Shown here: one piece after another, positions 10,825 through 22,568 of the stretch
How the letters are laid out: every line of letters starts with the position of its first letter
Position numbering within the stretch: the stretch's first letter is position 1
Origin: Polymyxa betae A26-41
Lineage: Eukaryota; Protista; Endomyxa: Phytomyxea
Assembly (NCBI GenBank): GCA_003693705.1
Contig: RBZT01000536.1
Location: 1 to 57,364 of the forward strand
Length of the DNA: 57,364 nucleotides
Direction of reading: 5' to 3'
Notes under the pieces: generated by a model
Seen by the model: only the letters and a program-made list of their open reading frames with translations
Databases searched by the model: none
What the model was told of the DNA's origin: nothing
Translations under genes and position numbers: made by a program

Positions 10825-12673
10825 GTTGATAAACCCAGATTGGAGAATGAAAGGAGAGCTGGAATCCAGTATGGCTTAAATAGCAGAAGACAAGATATTT
10901 CTTCCAAAGTCTATAGCGAAACATATCGTAGGGAACCTGGTCACTGAGTTGTTACTAATCAAAGACGACACTGATACTGGAAGTCAAGAAGATTCGATAT
11001 TAGACATGCAACGAAGAAAGAAAGAGCTTGTTATCTGTCAGTTCATTCAGGTTATCATGAGATATTGGTAAAACTGAAGGTGGCTCGGTGAAAGCTGGCT
11101 TCAGCATAGAAGTGACATAGTTCAGTTTACACGTCATCCATTTCTGCAACATCTCTTGCAGAAGATATACAGTAGCCTGCGCAAGAACAACTATAATCAA
11201 CTTGATACTGTAAGGCAGTAGTTCTACGTTTTGGCTGATTATAGTGTTATTGTCATACACTGCTCATTGCACCCAGATGAGTAACTGATTCAGCCAAGAA
11301 GCAAAAATGCCAACGCAGCGTAAGAAAGAAAAGTCAGACAATCATGATCAAAGATAAACGACAAACGAAACAAAAGCAGGACATGAATTTCAGCAAGCAC
11401 AACAACAGATAGGTACTTGGATTGACAACAGTTTTCATTGAAAAAGTCACCGGGAACCAACCAGGTCGAACAAAAAAGCACCGGTCAGGCTAAGTTCCAG
11501 TAGCTAAAAGTTATCAATACCAGAATTCAAGTTATTGAATTAAGCATCAAATAAAAGGGTTAAAGTTTTGATAGTTCTCTGGAAAAATGAGATAAACTGA
11601 TAGCAAGATCAAACGACAGTCTTGTGGAACAATTTTTGAGCCAGTTGCTGGAAAACGTAAGGAACAACCGGAACACCATCGACTCCTTCAGCAACGGTTG
11701 TTTCCTTGAGAACTCATTACACTTTAAAATCTGCTGCAGTTTACAGCGTTAATGAGCTAGAGCACTAAGAGAAGTGGCTAACTCAGAGCCCAATCGCAAA
11801 AGTTCATTACAAATTCATAAAAAGCTGGAGCAAATAGACCTCTGAACTACTGCAGATAGTTGGGATGTCGATTGCAATAGAGTGAACTTAGTTGTGCCGC
11901 CTCGCTATCAAAATAAGTAGTTTCCATCACGACAGTTACTAGATTTCTAGGCTCAACTTCAAGCTAACCCGAAGTTATTGATCAGCTTGTAGACGGGTGC
12001 GTAAGGTTTCATGTTTCCTAATACTACTAGCTATCAAAATGTACCGAACATCTGTTGTAAATCGGTGCCTGATGGACTATTTTACGTGCTCTGATTGATA
12101 TCGCTGTCAAATATGAGCAGACTCAATTAAGCTATTCGAAGCGACGATAGCCATACCATAGAAAAATGTCTCAGTAATCAAATAAAGAGAATAGCATCGG
12201 AAACGTCTCATTGCTTTCAGGCAGAAGAGTAGTCGCGCTATCTAGTTCGTTGAACTTTAGCCCAGTATTTTACCAGGGACTTGCCAAGGTCGGTATGTAT
12301 CTCGACCTCAAGCGATAGAACTGATCGATTATAAAGTGAATCCCTCTCTGTACAGAGTCTACAGACAAACGGGACGCACATTCTCGAATAGTTTCTCATT
12401 TCATAACTATAAGGTCGTGTATGAGGTCGTTTCTGTCGAGATTCGAGAAGGGTAGTTAGGCCGAAGACGGCACGTTGTCTAACTGATGTGACGGCTCTTC
12501 GCGATTTTCTGCAAGCTTTTTGACGGCACCTTATAGAACGTATGACTACCCGGCGAATATATCGAACATGATCTGGTTTTTTCTCGATTGATTTTCAGGA
12601 TCCTATGTCTGCTATTTATTTGGCTCGAGCTCTGCATCTCCTTCATATTTATATTGCTTAGCTCCTCTTAGCA

Positions 12674-13973
12674 ATGGCTTTTATTGTGCTCTCTATATTG
12701 CTTGTTGCCTCCTGTGCGACCGCTTGTATCGATGTGGAGTGCTCGGATCTGAAAGCTCCTCTTACGCTGCCATCTCATCCTGAACTCAAGGGTGATGCTC
12801 CAATCGCTTGGCAGCCTCACACTCTGTATCCTGGCTACAAATATTCGCCACGAATTCTGCAGCGAAACGTCATCAATCAGGATAACCATAATGCTATAGA
12901 AGAAGAACTTTGCCAGAATGGGTTTGTCTCGAAGACTGGATGTCCAGCCAAAATCCGTCAGGGTAAGGAGCATCACGATTCTATCGTTCCTCGTTGTCTA
13001 AACAACTTTTTATTGTAGAGAAAAAATCCCAGTGTATATCCAAGATTGATTGCAAGTTGCCGGAGAATCAGCAATACCAAAGTAAATCGAATTGCAAAGG
13101 CAGTATTAAAATTGATTGCAAGTTGCCGGAGAATCAGCAACACCAAAGTAAATCGAATTGCAAAGGCAGTTTGGATTGCATGGCGTTCAAGCTGCCGTCA
13201 AACACTCCGATACCCAAGACGACGCCTACACCGAATTATTACANNNNNNNNNNNNNNNNNNNNNNNNNNNNNNNNNNNNNNNNNNNNNNNNNNNNNNNNN
13301 NNNNNNNNNNNNNNNNNNNNNNNNNNNNNNNNNNNNNNNNNNNNNNNNNNNNNNNNNNNNNNNNNNNNNNNNNNNNNNNNNNNNNNNNNNNNNNNNGCAG
13401 ACGAAGACGCCTACACCGAGTCATTCCAACACGCCTACATCGCCGCAGACGCCTACACCGAATTATTCCAACACGCCTACACCGCCGAAGAAGACGACGC
13501 CTACACCGAGTTATTCTAACACGCCTACACCGCCGAAGAAGACNNNNNNNNNNNNNNNNNNNNNNNNNNNNNNNNNNNNNNNNNNNNNNNNNNNNNNNNN
13601 NNNNNNGACGCCTACACCGAGTTATTCCAACACGCCTACACCGCCGCAGAAGACGACGCCTCCACCGAGTTATTCCAACACGCCTAAACCGCCGCAGAAG
13701 AAGACGCCTAAACCGCCGCAGACGAAGACGCCCATACCGAATTATTACAACACTCCTAAACCGCCGCAGAAGAAGACGCCTGCTCCTAAGCAAGACTATG
13801 CTAATGGATATGAAAGTTGGAAGGATATCGTCCAGAATTTCCTGCCATCACCAGTTCAACAGACACCAACTCATTCTTCGACCAGCAAGCGTAAAGGTAA
13901 AAACTGGATGAGAAGGATCAAGGATGCTATTATACCTCACAGAAACAGTGACAAATCTGGTAGTCGGCGCTAA
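12674..13973 (+). CDS. Secreted Cys-rich plus Pro/Thr/Tyr-repeat (extensin-like) protein; spans two assembly gaps
   Basis: Signal peptide MAFIVLSILLVASCATA. Intron 12963-13018. Two 22-aa KIDCKLPENQQxQSKSNCKGS repeats, then TPTPSYSNTPTPPxK repeats. Confidence 0.75.
13042..13790 (+). repeat. Coding tandem repeats (2x66 bp, then an acgcctacaccg-based array); N gaps at 13244-13396 and 13544-13606
   Basis: Directly visible repeats, and runs of N that indicate an unresolved array. Confidence 0.9.
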
Positions 13974-14200
13974 CCCTTTAGTTACACTTTATCCAGCCTT
14001 AAGACAAAATACTCTATTCTGCTTTTAGCAGCAAATTCGCAAATTCATTGTACTTGCAGAAAATAAAGTCCAAGCTTGCTTAGTAATGCTTCCTGATATT
14101 GTAAAAAGCAGACTGTGAGTAAGAGCAGCCAGCAGAATAAAATCAAATGACAAATGTATGATAGTGATGGCATCAACCTGCAGAAAGTCATTGTAGTCCG

Positions 14201-15160
14201 ATGACGACCTCTATTGAAGGTCGGATCTTGTCAGCACAATCCAACAATGGTCGTCTGTCACTCTGCAATCAGGATCTCATTAGCGTCCCCGAATCAGTCT
14301 GGACACTATCGTCGCCCTCATCGAAGCTAGGCTGGTGGGAACGACCAGTCCTGATCTCCATCGATCTATCTCAGAACCACCTTGAAGATGTTGAAGTCCC
14401 AGACCTGCCAGATCTCCAGCATGCCAATCTCGCTCATAATCGAATTAAAGTTATAACAATATCGGCATTGAATTTAGTATCGCTGAACCTCTCGAACAAT
14501 CAACTAAGGTCTCTACCTGACCTACCTTCATCGTTAACCTTGCTTAACGTATCGCATAATCAATTAGAGGCGATCGCAGCTCTGCCTGTCCATCTCAAGA
14601 TCTTACAAGCCGGTCACAATCGCCTGCATGGAACACCAGTATTCCCCAAAGATCTCGAAGTCATCGATATGTCACACAACGCTCTCAACTCAATGAAACT
14701 AGCCGAATTATCAAACCTAACGCAAGCTAATATCTCTTGCAATCAGTTGATGGAGTTCACCGGGCCGCCATCGCTAAAGTCGTTAGATTTGTCGCGAAAC
14801 CGATTGCGGCAACTTCCCCAATTGTGCTCTCTTATCCTTGAACTGAATCTCAGCTCCAACCAAATCAGCGATATTTCAGGAATCGAAGTTCTAGACAGTT
14901 TAGTTCGAGTTGATTTCAGCGAGAACCAAATCAAGAAAATCCCAGAACAGATTGGTAACCTATCGCAACTGACAATGTTGAATTTCAGATGCAATGATCT
15001 GAACGATATCCCATCCGAACTCGGTCGAATTGAAACTCTGAAGCACATCTATCTCTCCGGCAATCCTCTGCGTCGGATTCGCCCTTCTGTATGGCAGAAG
15101 GGAACCGAGACTTTAAAGCAATACCTTTTAGACAGAATGGCACCAGGTACAACACCATAA
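14201..15160 (+). CDS. Leucine-rich repeat protein (LRRC40-like N-terminus)
   Basis: 319-aa ORF with repeated LxxLxLSxNxL motifs, a GWWE motif near the N-terminus and a terminal LSGNPLRRIR..GTETLKQYL cap. Confidence 0.85.
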   Translation: MTTSIEGRILSAQSNNGRLSLCNQDLISVPESVWTLSSPSSKLGWWERPVLISIDLSQNHLEDVEVPDLPDLQHANLAHNRIKVITISALNLVSLNLSNNQLRSLPDLPSSLTLLNVSHNQLEAIAALPVHLKILQAGHNRLHGTPVFPKDLEVIDMSHNALNSMKLAELSNLTQANISCNQLMEFTGPPSLKSLDLSRNRLRQLPQLCSLILELNLSSNQISDISGIEVLDSLVRVDFSENQIKKIPEQIGNLSQLTMLNFRCNDLNDIPSELGRIETLKHIYLSGNPLRRIRPSVWQKGTETLKQYLLDRMAPGTTP

Positions 15161-15524
15161 TAGATATGTTATTTTGTTGTTGAATACGTCAATAGTTGAA
15201 GATTTTTCTTATCAAAATTTGAAACCTACCCGGTGAAATGGAGATAACTGATATTGTTTCTTATGCATATTGATAATAAACCAGTATATCGCCTTTGTAC
15301 ACAGATAATTGCAGTTTATTCGAAATCAGAAGTTTCTTCGGTTTCTGATCGCACAGCACACTTTTAGTTCAATGTTGCCTGCGAGATTCTCGAAGGTGAA
15401 ACAAGCAAGATATCCTATCAATGGTATGTGTATATTAGCTGTATTATTTTCGATGCTCTCACTTTTAAAGCAAGAGGAAACACATCCCCACCAGCGTTCA
15501 TAGCTATCGCCTAAAAGCCCTCAC

Positions 15525-17193
15525 TCATCCTCCTCCTGCGATTTTCGACTCTAATTTTGCCATTTGGAGTTCAAGATGTGCGTTCTAAACGTCCGTTGAG
15601 CTCTTGTTCATTTCAGATTAAATAACTGACCTGATTCCGCTGAGAAGAATCCATCTGATCCCATCGTTGTTTAACTTGCCGATACTCTGTAGCTGCTGAT
15701 GATAGGTCTCCTAGTTTACTCAATATGATCGCATAATTCAACCGAATCATGATGTTGTTCCTACAACAAATATCAGTTGCCTTGCTGGCAGAAAGATTCG
15801 CATAAAGGACCCATCCAGATGTAAAGCATGCTGGAAAGCAGCCCCTGTATTTTCTGCATCATCGAGGTGGTATAAAGTGATTCCCAAGAACATATAGCTT
15901 GTTGCATAATCCTAAAAGCAATTTCAGCATCATCATAACCTATGCGATGCCATACCTGTTTCAAATTGATGCATGCACTAAAATAATGATATGCAGAAGC
16001 AAACTGCCTGGTCTTCAGGTATGTTAGTCCTAAATTATAAGAAATCGTCCACTGAAAGGGGTCCAGAAACAAAGCTCGCTTTAAACAAGAAATCGCCTGT
16101 ATAGCCGATCAACATTTAAAGTGGCATATGTAGGAGAACTCGACTTACAGCTACAAACTTACTTCTAGAATAGAAACATAGTCCAATATTATTCCAAAGT
16201 GGTGCCGATGTCGGAATTTGTACAGCTGCTATACGATATTTGATCAATGCTACTTCGACATCATTATGATCTTGAATAACTGATGCTGCTGCTAGAATTG
16301 TCTAATCTACAGTCAGCATGAGGGTGATAACATAAACCATGATATCATACCCTTTGGTCATTGCTATTATACGTTAATGCGTTACCGAGGTAATCGAATG
16401 CTTTGAATGTCTCACCCATCTTCAGGTTCAATAGACCAAGAGTCGTCAAAATCTCGGCACTATCTGGTGCGAATCTGCAATCACATCGTTAGCAGAGACC
16501 CCAGATTCCAATCGCTGCCATTACTCCATAGCTTCCGAATAGACAGCAGCTGCTTGTGAATACTGTCCCATCTCGACGTGAAGCTGACCCAGCATCAGAA
16601 ATGTCGAATCATGGCGCTGGATTTGATTGGCATTTTGGAAGCATTCTAGGGCCTCTGGCAATCGCCGAAGACGCCACAGGCATAGACCTTTCTGATGAAT
16701 GATGTCCCATCTTTCCGATTGACGTAGCGATTCAATTTGGTCATAAAGCTGCAGAGCGGATTCGAATCTTCCCAATAAGTATCTACGATAACATCAGTCT
16801 CTGCTAACTCTAGTTTGCCACAGAATCTGACAATGACCGCCCAATTTCTTTCAGAATTTCTGTATTGATAGGATTCAATGCAGCTGCTGCTTGGAACAGC
16901 TCTAAGGATTCATGGATGCATCCCATCTGACGTCGAATTTTGCCTGTTCAACGTCAGAGCATATCACGATTGATGACGGAAAAATAACCTTTTATGAAAA
17001 TGGCGAATTCACTCTGGCCTTTGGTCTGCCGAAGAACCTGTTCTATGAGATCCTGGCATTTAACGAAATCCTGGGATGTGTACAATTGGTGAATTTTGGC
17101 GTTATGTCTCCAACACAAATCATCGATAGTGGTGGACAATATAGCAGCGGGCGGGCTGATCTTAGTTAGATCGACTTCATTGACGCTACTCAT
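15525..17193 (-). CDS. BBS4: Bardet-Biedl syndrome 4 protein (BBSome TPR subunit), multi-exon
   Basis: N-terminal HNAKIHQLY..DFVKCQDLIEQVL..GQSEFAIFIK, TPR exons, and LDPFQWTISYNLGLTYLKTRQFASAYHYFSACINL, matching BBS4. Confidence 0.88.
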
Positions 17194-17310
17194 GTTTAGA
17201 AGAAGACGTCTGTGACCAGTCTGCCTTGTTCGCTCTCAGAACATTTTTTATTGATGTACAAAGCTTACAGCGATACGTTCAGTTTCTTGTTGTTGCTGAT
17301 CATTTGTAGT

Positions 17311-18205
17311 TTACGGATCTGATACGTTATCTTCGTTAACGTTGGGGCTTGATCCAGAGTTTATAAGCAGCCAATTCAGAGCCATCTCCAAATTGTTGCT
17401 ACTGAACATCAGAATGAAGACACCAATTCTGCATAAAGAACATACCAATGTTGCAATAGGGATGTTCGACATTGGTTTTCATGAAATCCCATGTCCTATA
17501 CGATACCGTTAAAGCTTATTGCAATGTTGATTTGAACGGCAATGATATTACTTGCAGTCGCTGCATCAATTCGGGATCGGCATTAATTGCAGTTGCCAAT
17601 GTGCTCAACAGATTCTGGTTAGTGCCTGATAATAGCTGTAGTGAGATAAGATATTGTGGTATCAAACTGGAGGCTTTCATACCTGCAGCCCGTTATCTAT
17701 AGCTTCGATCGCTGTAGCTGATGTTATTTGACTTAATCGACGATTGAAAAAGCGACCATCGATGTTATGTCGCAATTCTCGTCTTGCCATTAGCATCTCC
17801 ATTCGATTGGCGATTGTTATATCTGCTGGTAGATTTGGTTGAGGTCGAATACGCTTTACTGATAGAAACACTACAACATCGATAGCATCTTCATAGAGTT
17901 CCAATGACGATATCGTCTCAGATTCTGGAGATAAAATACGCCCATTACAGATCAAAATCTGACCCTGACTCGGAAGTGACCAATGCGCCATTATATCTAT
18001 TCAACGTATTCTCAATTAGTTACGAGTTTCTTCAAATGAAAACCAGTAGCAATACTTTACTAACATTTCTTGACATCAGAAACTGTAAACTTTAGATCAC
18101 TGGTTTCTAATGTCTTAAAGGACGATTTTAGAATCAGTAAGCGGCTAAATTTAAGATGATACTGACAATTTTCTGGCCGGTTAATGAGTGAATGATGATT
18201 TGCAT
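17311..18205 (-). CDS. UBL-UBA domain protein (ubiquitin-shuttle-like), multi-exon
   Basis: Spliced N-terminus MQIIIHSLTGQKITLETSDLKFTVSDVKKYI...QILICNGRIL is ubiquitin-like. C-terminus LQDMGFHENQCRTSLL..NNLEMALNWLL is a UBA domain. Confidence 0.75.
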
Positions 18206-18947
18206 AGCAAATTCAAGTCTCGTATTTCCAGTGATATCCTCCACGGTCTGCTTTCGGTTTGCTCTCAGAAATTCAGAACAAGGGACCGGCGTCGTGACGT
18301 TCGTCACAGAGCGGATCTCATTGCCAGCCTACAAGTGGCAAATTCGAGAAAAAGCCTGATCACATTCAGTCAGCATCCGCAGCGACAATGATAGAATGCG
18401 GTCTAACTCGGCACCGACTAAAAGGACAGCGATCAAGGAATCCATTACAGCACAGCTGGCTCATATGAAAGAAAAGCTTTGAAAAACGAAGAAGTGAACT
18501 TCTAGGCTCAAGAGACCGCCTTTGATTGACCATGTTCAGATATCTTTACTACCTCCATACGAAACGATTCAAGGGGAGATCTGTAGAGTGCAACCCCCTC
18601 CATATAAACTAACGACTACAGCTATAGTACCCATATGAGAATTGGAATCCTTCATCAGCTCATCCCTTCCCTTTAGCCTCCATCTACTCTCATTTTTATT
18701 TTGGAAAACGATTGCCGGTAATCCTGGGGTCCGGTCTAGTCCATCCCAAAGACGCTTCTAGATGCTAGGTTGCCAACAGCCAGACTCCAAGCGACTGTGA
18801 CGACTATGGACAGGATTTGGGAAAATATCGGGGGCAGCGCTCGGCACAGGCAAACCTGCATGAAGCTGCTGAGTTTGAAAATCTAGCGAATATCGGCACG
18901 CGCTACCCTTGGTTGTCTTCAGATCGATCGCAGTGCAATCCAGAACG

Positions 18948-21641
18948 ATGTCTCACTCCGAGGAATCATCTGACAACAGCTACCGAAGTCGTAATACATC
19001 CAATGCGAGGTAAATAGCAGCCTCTATGGTCCCGATGCAATAGATAATGTTTTTCTGTAGAGTATCGCGGCCAGCGAATCGTTTCGATTTGGAGGTCAGA
19101 CCACCATTGGCTGCAGATCTGATCGGCGATGCCAACGATTTCACGTCGCCGTCATCATCAGATGCGACGCCATCGTCCTCGAACATTTCGTCTCCATCGG
19201 GGAATGTCATGCCGTTACCTGGACCCTCCCATAGATATTCGATGTATGATGAGGGTAAGCTGGCCTCGCGTGTTTCATCAAGATCAGTGACGTCGAGTGT
19301 CCCGTTATCTAAAGCTTTTTCTATTCATTCATCGTCCCCTGGTCCTGCTCTCAGGTCATATAACTCTGGTCTGCCTCGACCTGCCTCCAGAATATCATCA
19401 TTACCTACAGGAGCGCTGCCAACGTTAAACACCAAGCAATCAACTTCGGGGAGGTCATTTGTATCAAATTCAAACCCTCATGGAGTTAAGGAGGTCGTCC
19501 AGTATATTTCTGCCAATGACATTATTAATGTTGCCGATGACGATTATCGAGATAAGTCATCTGAATTCGAGATGCGTTATACAGCTGTGGAATGCGATGC
19601 CAATCATTTTCCGTCAAATTATTCCCTAAGAACAATGGAAAACGGACGAAATATTAAGGTATTCATCGTCGTGACAATGTACAACGAAGATATGGATGAG
19701 TTGAAAAGAACGCTCAAAGGCATCATTCGCAATATTGAGACATTTATCGAAGTTCTTGGAGAAGACGCCTGGAAAGAGATATGCATGTGTATTGTTGCTG
19801 ATGGTCGTCATAAAGCAGATAAAGGTTCGCTGGATCATCTTGAAGAACTTCGAATATTCGATGCGAACCAAATGCACTCTGCTCTGGATCATTCCAATCA
19901 GATCAAGCTGCATTTATTCGAATCTACTCTGCTTATACCTTCTGAAATGATGTCGGGCCCCGCTCAACCACTTCAAACCATCTTTGCTCTCAAAGAAAGG
20001 AACGGGGGCAAGCTTGATTCGCATCACTGGTTTTTCAGCGCGTTTTCAGCTCAGATCCAGCCCAAATATTGCTTTATGTTTGATGTTGGTACAAAGCCGG
20101 AACCCTCTGCGATATTAAGGCTGTATGATGCGATGGAAAGGGATCCCAATATTGGTGGATGTTGTGGCGAAATCACAACCCGAGTTACAGCATCTATCAA
20201 TCCATGGATCGCCGCCCAGCAGTTCGAATATAAGATCGCCACTATTTTGGAGAAGTCCATGGAATCGGTATTTGGATTCATCAGCGTGTTGCCAGGAGCG
20301 TTCAGCGCTTATCGATTTGCTGCGATCGAGGGCGAGCCGTTAAACCAATACTTCAAGCAGATCAACACGGATTTGGTTCAGATATCTCCTTTCAAAGGCA
20401 ATATGTATCTGGCTGAGGATCGAATATTGTGTTTCGAAGTGCTGGCTGAAAAGAACTGCAAGTGGACGTTGAAATATGTCGCCGATGCCAAAGCAGCAAC
20501 CGATGTGCCCGAATCGCTAACTGATTTAATCAAGCAACGTCGACGATGGCTGAACGGTTCGCTATTCGCCATGGTGTATGCTCTGGGAAACTTCAGCAAA
20601 TTTGCCCAGAATTCAGCGCATTCTCGAATGAAAAAGGCCTTCATTTCGTTGCAGTTCTGGTATAACGCTATCAACCTCATTCTTCAATGGTTTCTACTTG
20701 CTAACTTTTATCTGATGTTTGAATTCGCTGCTGAAGCTAACAGTAAGTGCGATGAACGTTTCCACTAAACTCGCCTAAACATTTGTAATGCAGACTTGCA
20801 GGATCACGCTGAAGTGAAAATATTTCGAGCCCTGTTCTTGATCTTGACATTAGTGCAATGTGTCGCTGGACTAGGGAATAGACCTGATGAATTGCCCATG
20901 ATTTATTTCTTCTGTGCAGTTGGCTATGGTGTGTTCTTCGTCTATGTTCTGGGTATCAATGCCACATTGCTATTCCGAGCTGTAGATTACTCTCAGTACG
21001 ATTCCATAGACGCAGCAAATCAGAAAAGAACAGAAGTGCTATATGCTCAAGTAGCTTCACTTTGTGGTCTTGCTGTGTATTTTGGGGCCGGTATTCTCCA
21101 CGGTCAGCTGTTCGCCGTCTGTGTTTCAATCTTGCAATACTTCTTCATGTTGCCCATGTTCCTGATTGGGTTTCCGATTTACTCATTCTGCAACATTCAT
21201 GATATTTCATGGGGCACCAAGGGTCTTGAAACTAGCGACATGGCAGAGGGCGCCACTCGTAAGCAGAAAGAGATGCACGCTCAAATATTGGCGAAAAGAA
21301 AAGCGGAACTAGAGACGGTCGATGCTCGATTTAGAACATTCCGTTCTAATATGGTGATTGGGTGGTTGGCTTCCAACGCTCTGATCTTTGAGATTATCAC
21401 GAAGATGGACACGATCCACGAGATTTATATCTACGTCATGTATGCAATTTTCTTCGGCCTGAATGCATTCAAGTTCATGTTCTGTTTACTCTTTTGTGTT
21501 CAACAATGGTTCGAGAGATGTCGGCCAATTCAACGCAAGTCCAATCAGCTGGCAACAGAACCTGCTAAATTACCTCTAGAACCTGCTGGTCCAGCTCCAG
21601 TACCGGCTGCTGTGGAAATGAAAGAAGTCGCTCATGTATAG
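18948..21641 (+). CDS. CHS: Chitin synthase (GT2, division 1-type)
   Basis: Motifs TMYNED, GKLDSH, DVGT, QQFEY, LPGAFSAYR, EDRIL, QRRRW and SWGTKG, plus C-terminal TM helices. Introns 19010-19060 and 20743-20793. The start exon is inferred. Confidence 0.93.
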
Positions 21642-21803
21642 ATAGATAATATACTCAGTTATATAATACTGTTACTTTGGTAACATGACCGACTGTCTTC
21701 TTCGTGTAACGTGTACGGTTACAGTGACCAGCGATGCAACTGTAAACGCGTATTTGGTTGGCTCGGCACACTACTACGTTTCCTGTCAGTCGATTGGGCG
21801 AAC

Positions 21804-22379
21804 ATGTCCTCTTTATCGTCCAATGTAACCTCAGATTGGGTTGGAAGACGTGTTCGTATAATGAGAGGACGTCTAGCTGGCAGAGTTGGAACAGCCGTTC
21901 AGTTTGCTGAAGGCAAATTCCGCATTGTATTGCATGGATCTCAACCTGTTGTTAAACATGCTTCTGATTGCGAGCTGTTGAAATCGGAACCTCCATCAGA
22001 TGATGCATTGGTTGGTAGAAGAGTGACCATCACATCTGGATCATATAGAGGTAATAGTGGTGTTGTTCGAGGACGAGCTCGTGGTGGATTCTATATAGTT
22101 GCTCTTACTGATAAGATGGGTGATGTCATGGTCATTATGAAGAAAGCGGGTGATATCCGAGCTACATCTCGAGCTACAGACACAACTATGACCACAGCTG
22201 CTACGATTTTGATGGAGATTATGGATAGACGTATGAAGCAGGCAACCAGTGAGAATATTCACATGTCTAATAAGGGCCAGCATCAGCAACATACGAAATC
22301 CGGATCAGATCTCGACCTACCTATAATCAAGGATATAAGTGGTCGTACTCGCATTCCATTCGCTGCTCGAGCTAAATGA
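21804..22379 (+). CDS. Small protein with two KOW-like motifs
   Basis: VGRRVRIMRGRLAGRVGTAV and VGRRVTITSGSYRGNSGVVR fit the KOW pattern. Confidence 0.65.
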   Translation: MSSLSSNVTSDWVGRRVRIMRGRLAGRVGTAVQFAEGKFRIVLHGSQPVVKHASDCELLKSEPPSDDALVGRRVTITSGSYRGNSGVVRGRARGGFYIVALTDKMGDVMVIMKKAGDIRATSRATDTTMTTAATILMEIMDRRMKQATSENIHMSNKGQHQQHTKSGSDLDLPIIKDISGRTRIPFAARAK

Positions 22380-22568
22380 ATTATCATGGCGACATTCTCT
22401 TTATTCAATACCGGAATTCATCTACCAAAGTAACCTAGATAATCCCATTTCCTTTCTTATATAAATTCCAGTGAACTTGTTGGCAAGATTAATCAGCGAA
22501 TTTGCTGGAATAATCAGTGTTTGAGTGCGTGACAGGTCCGATACCTTCATCATTGCGAGATTGAAATC

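Noticed and set aside
11000-12600. Possible gene or TE remnant in a 1.6-kb intergenic region
   Set aside because: No motif, repeat boundary or consistent exon chain that I could support.
13239-13911. Arg-rich (protamine-like) and ADEDAYTE frames
   Set aside because: Alternative and antisense frames of the Pro-rich repeat. The gap length shifts the apparent frame.
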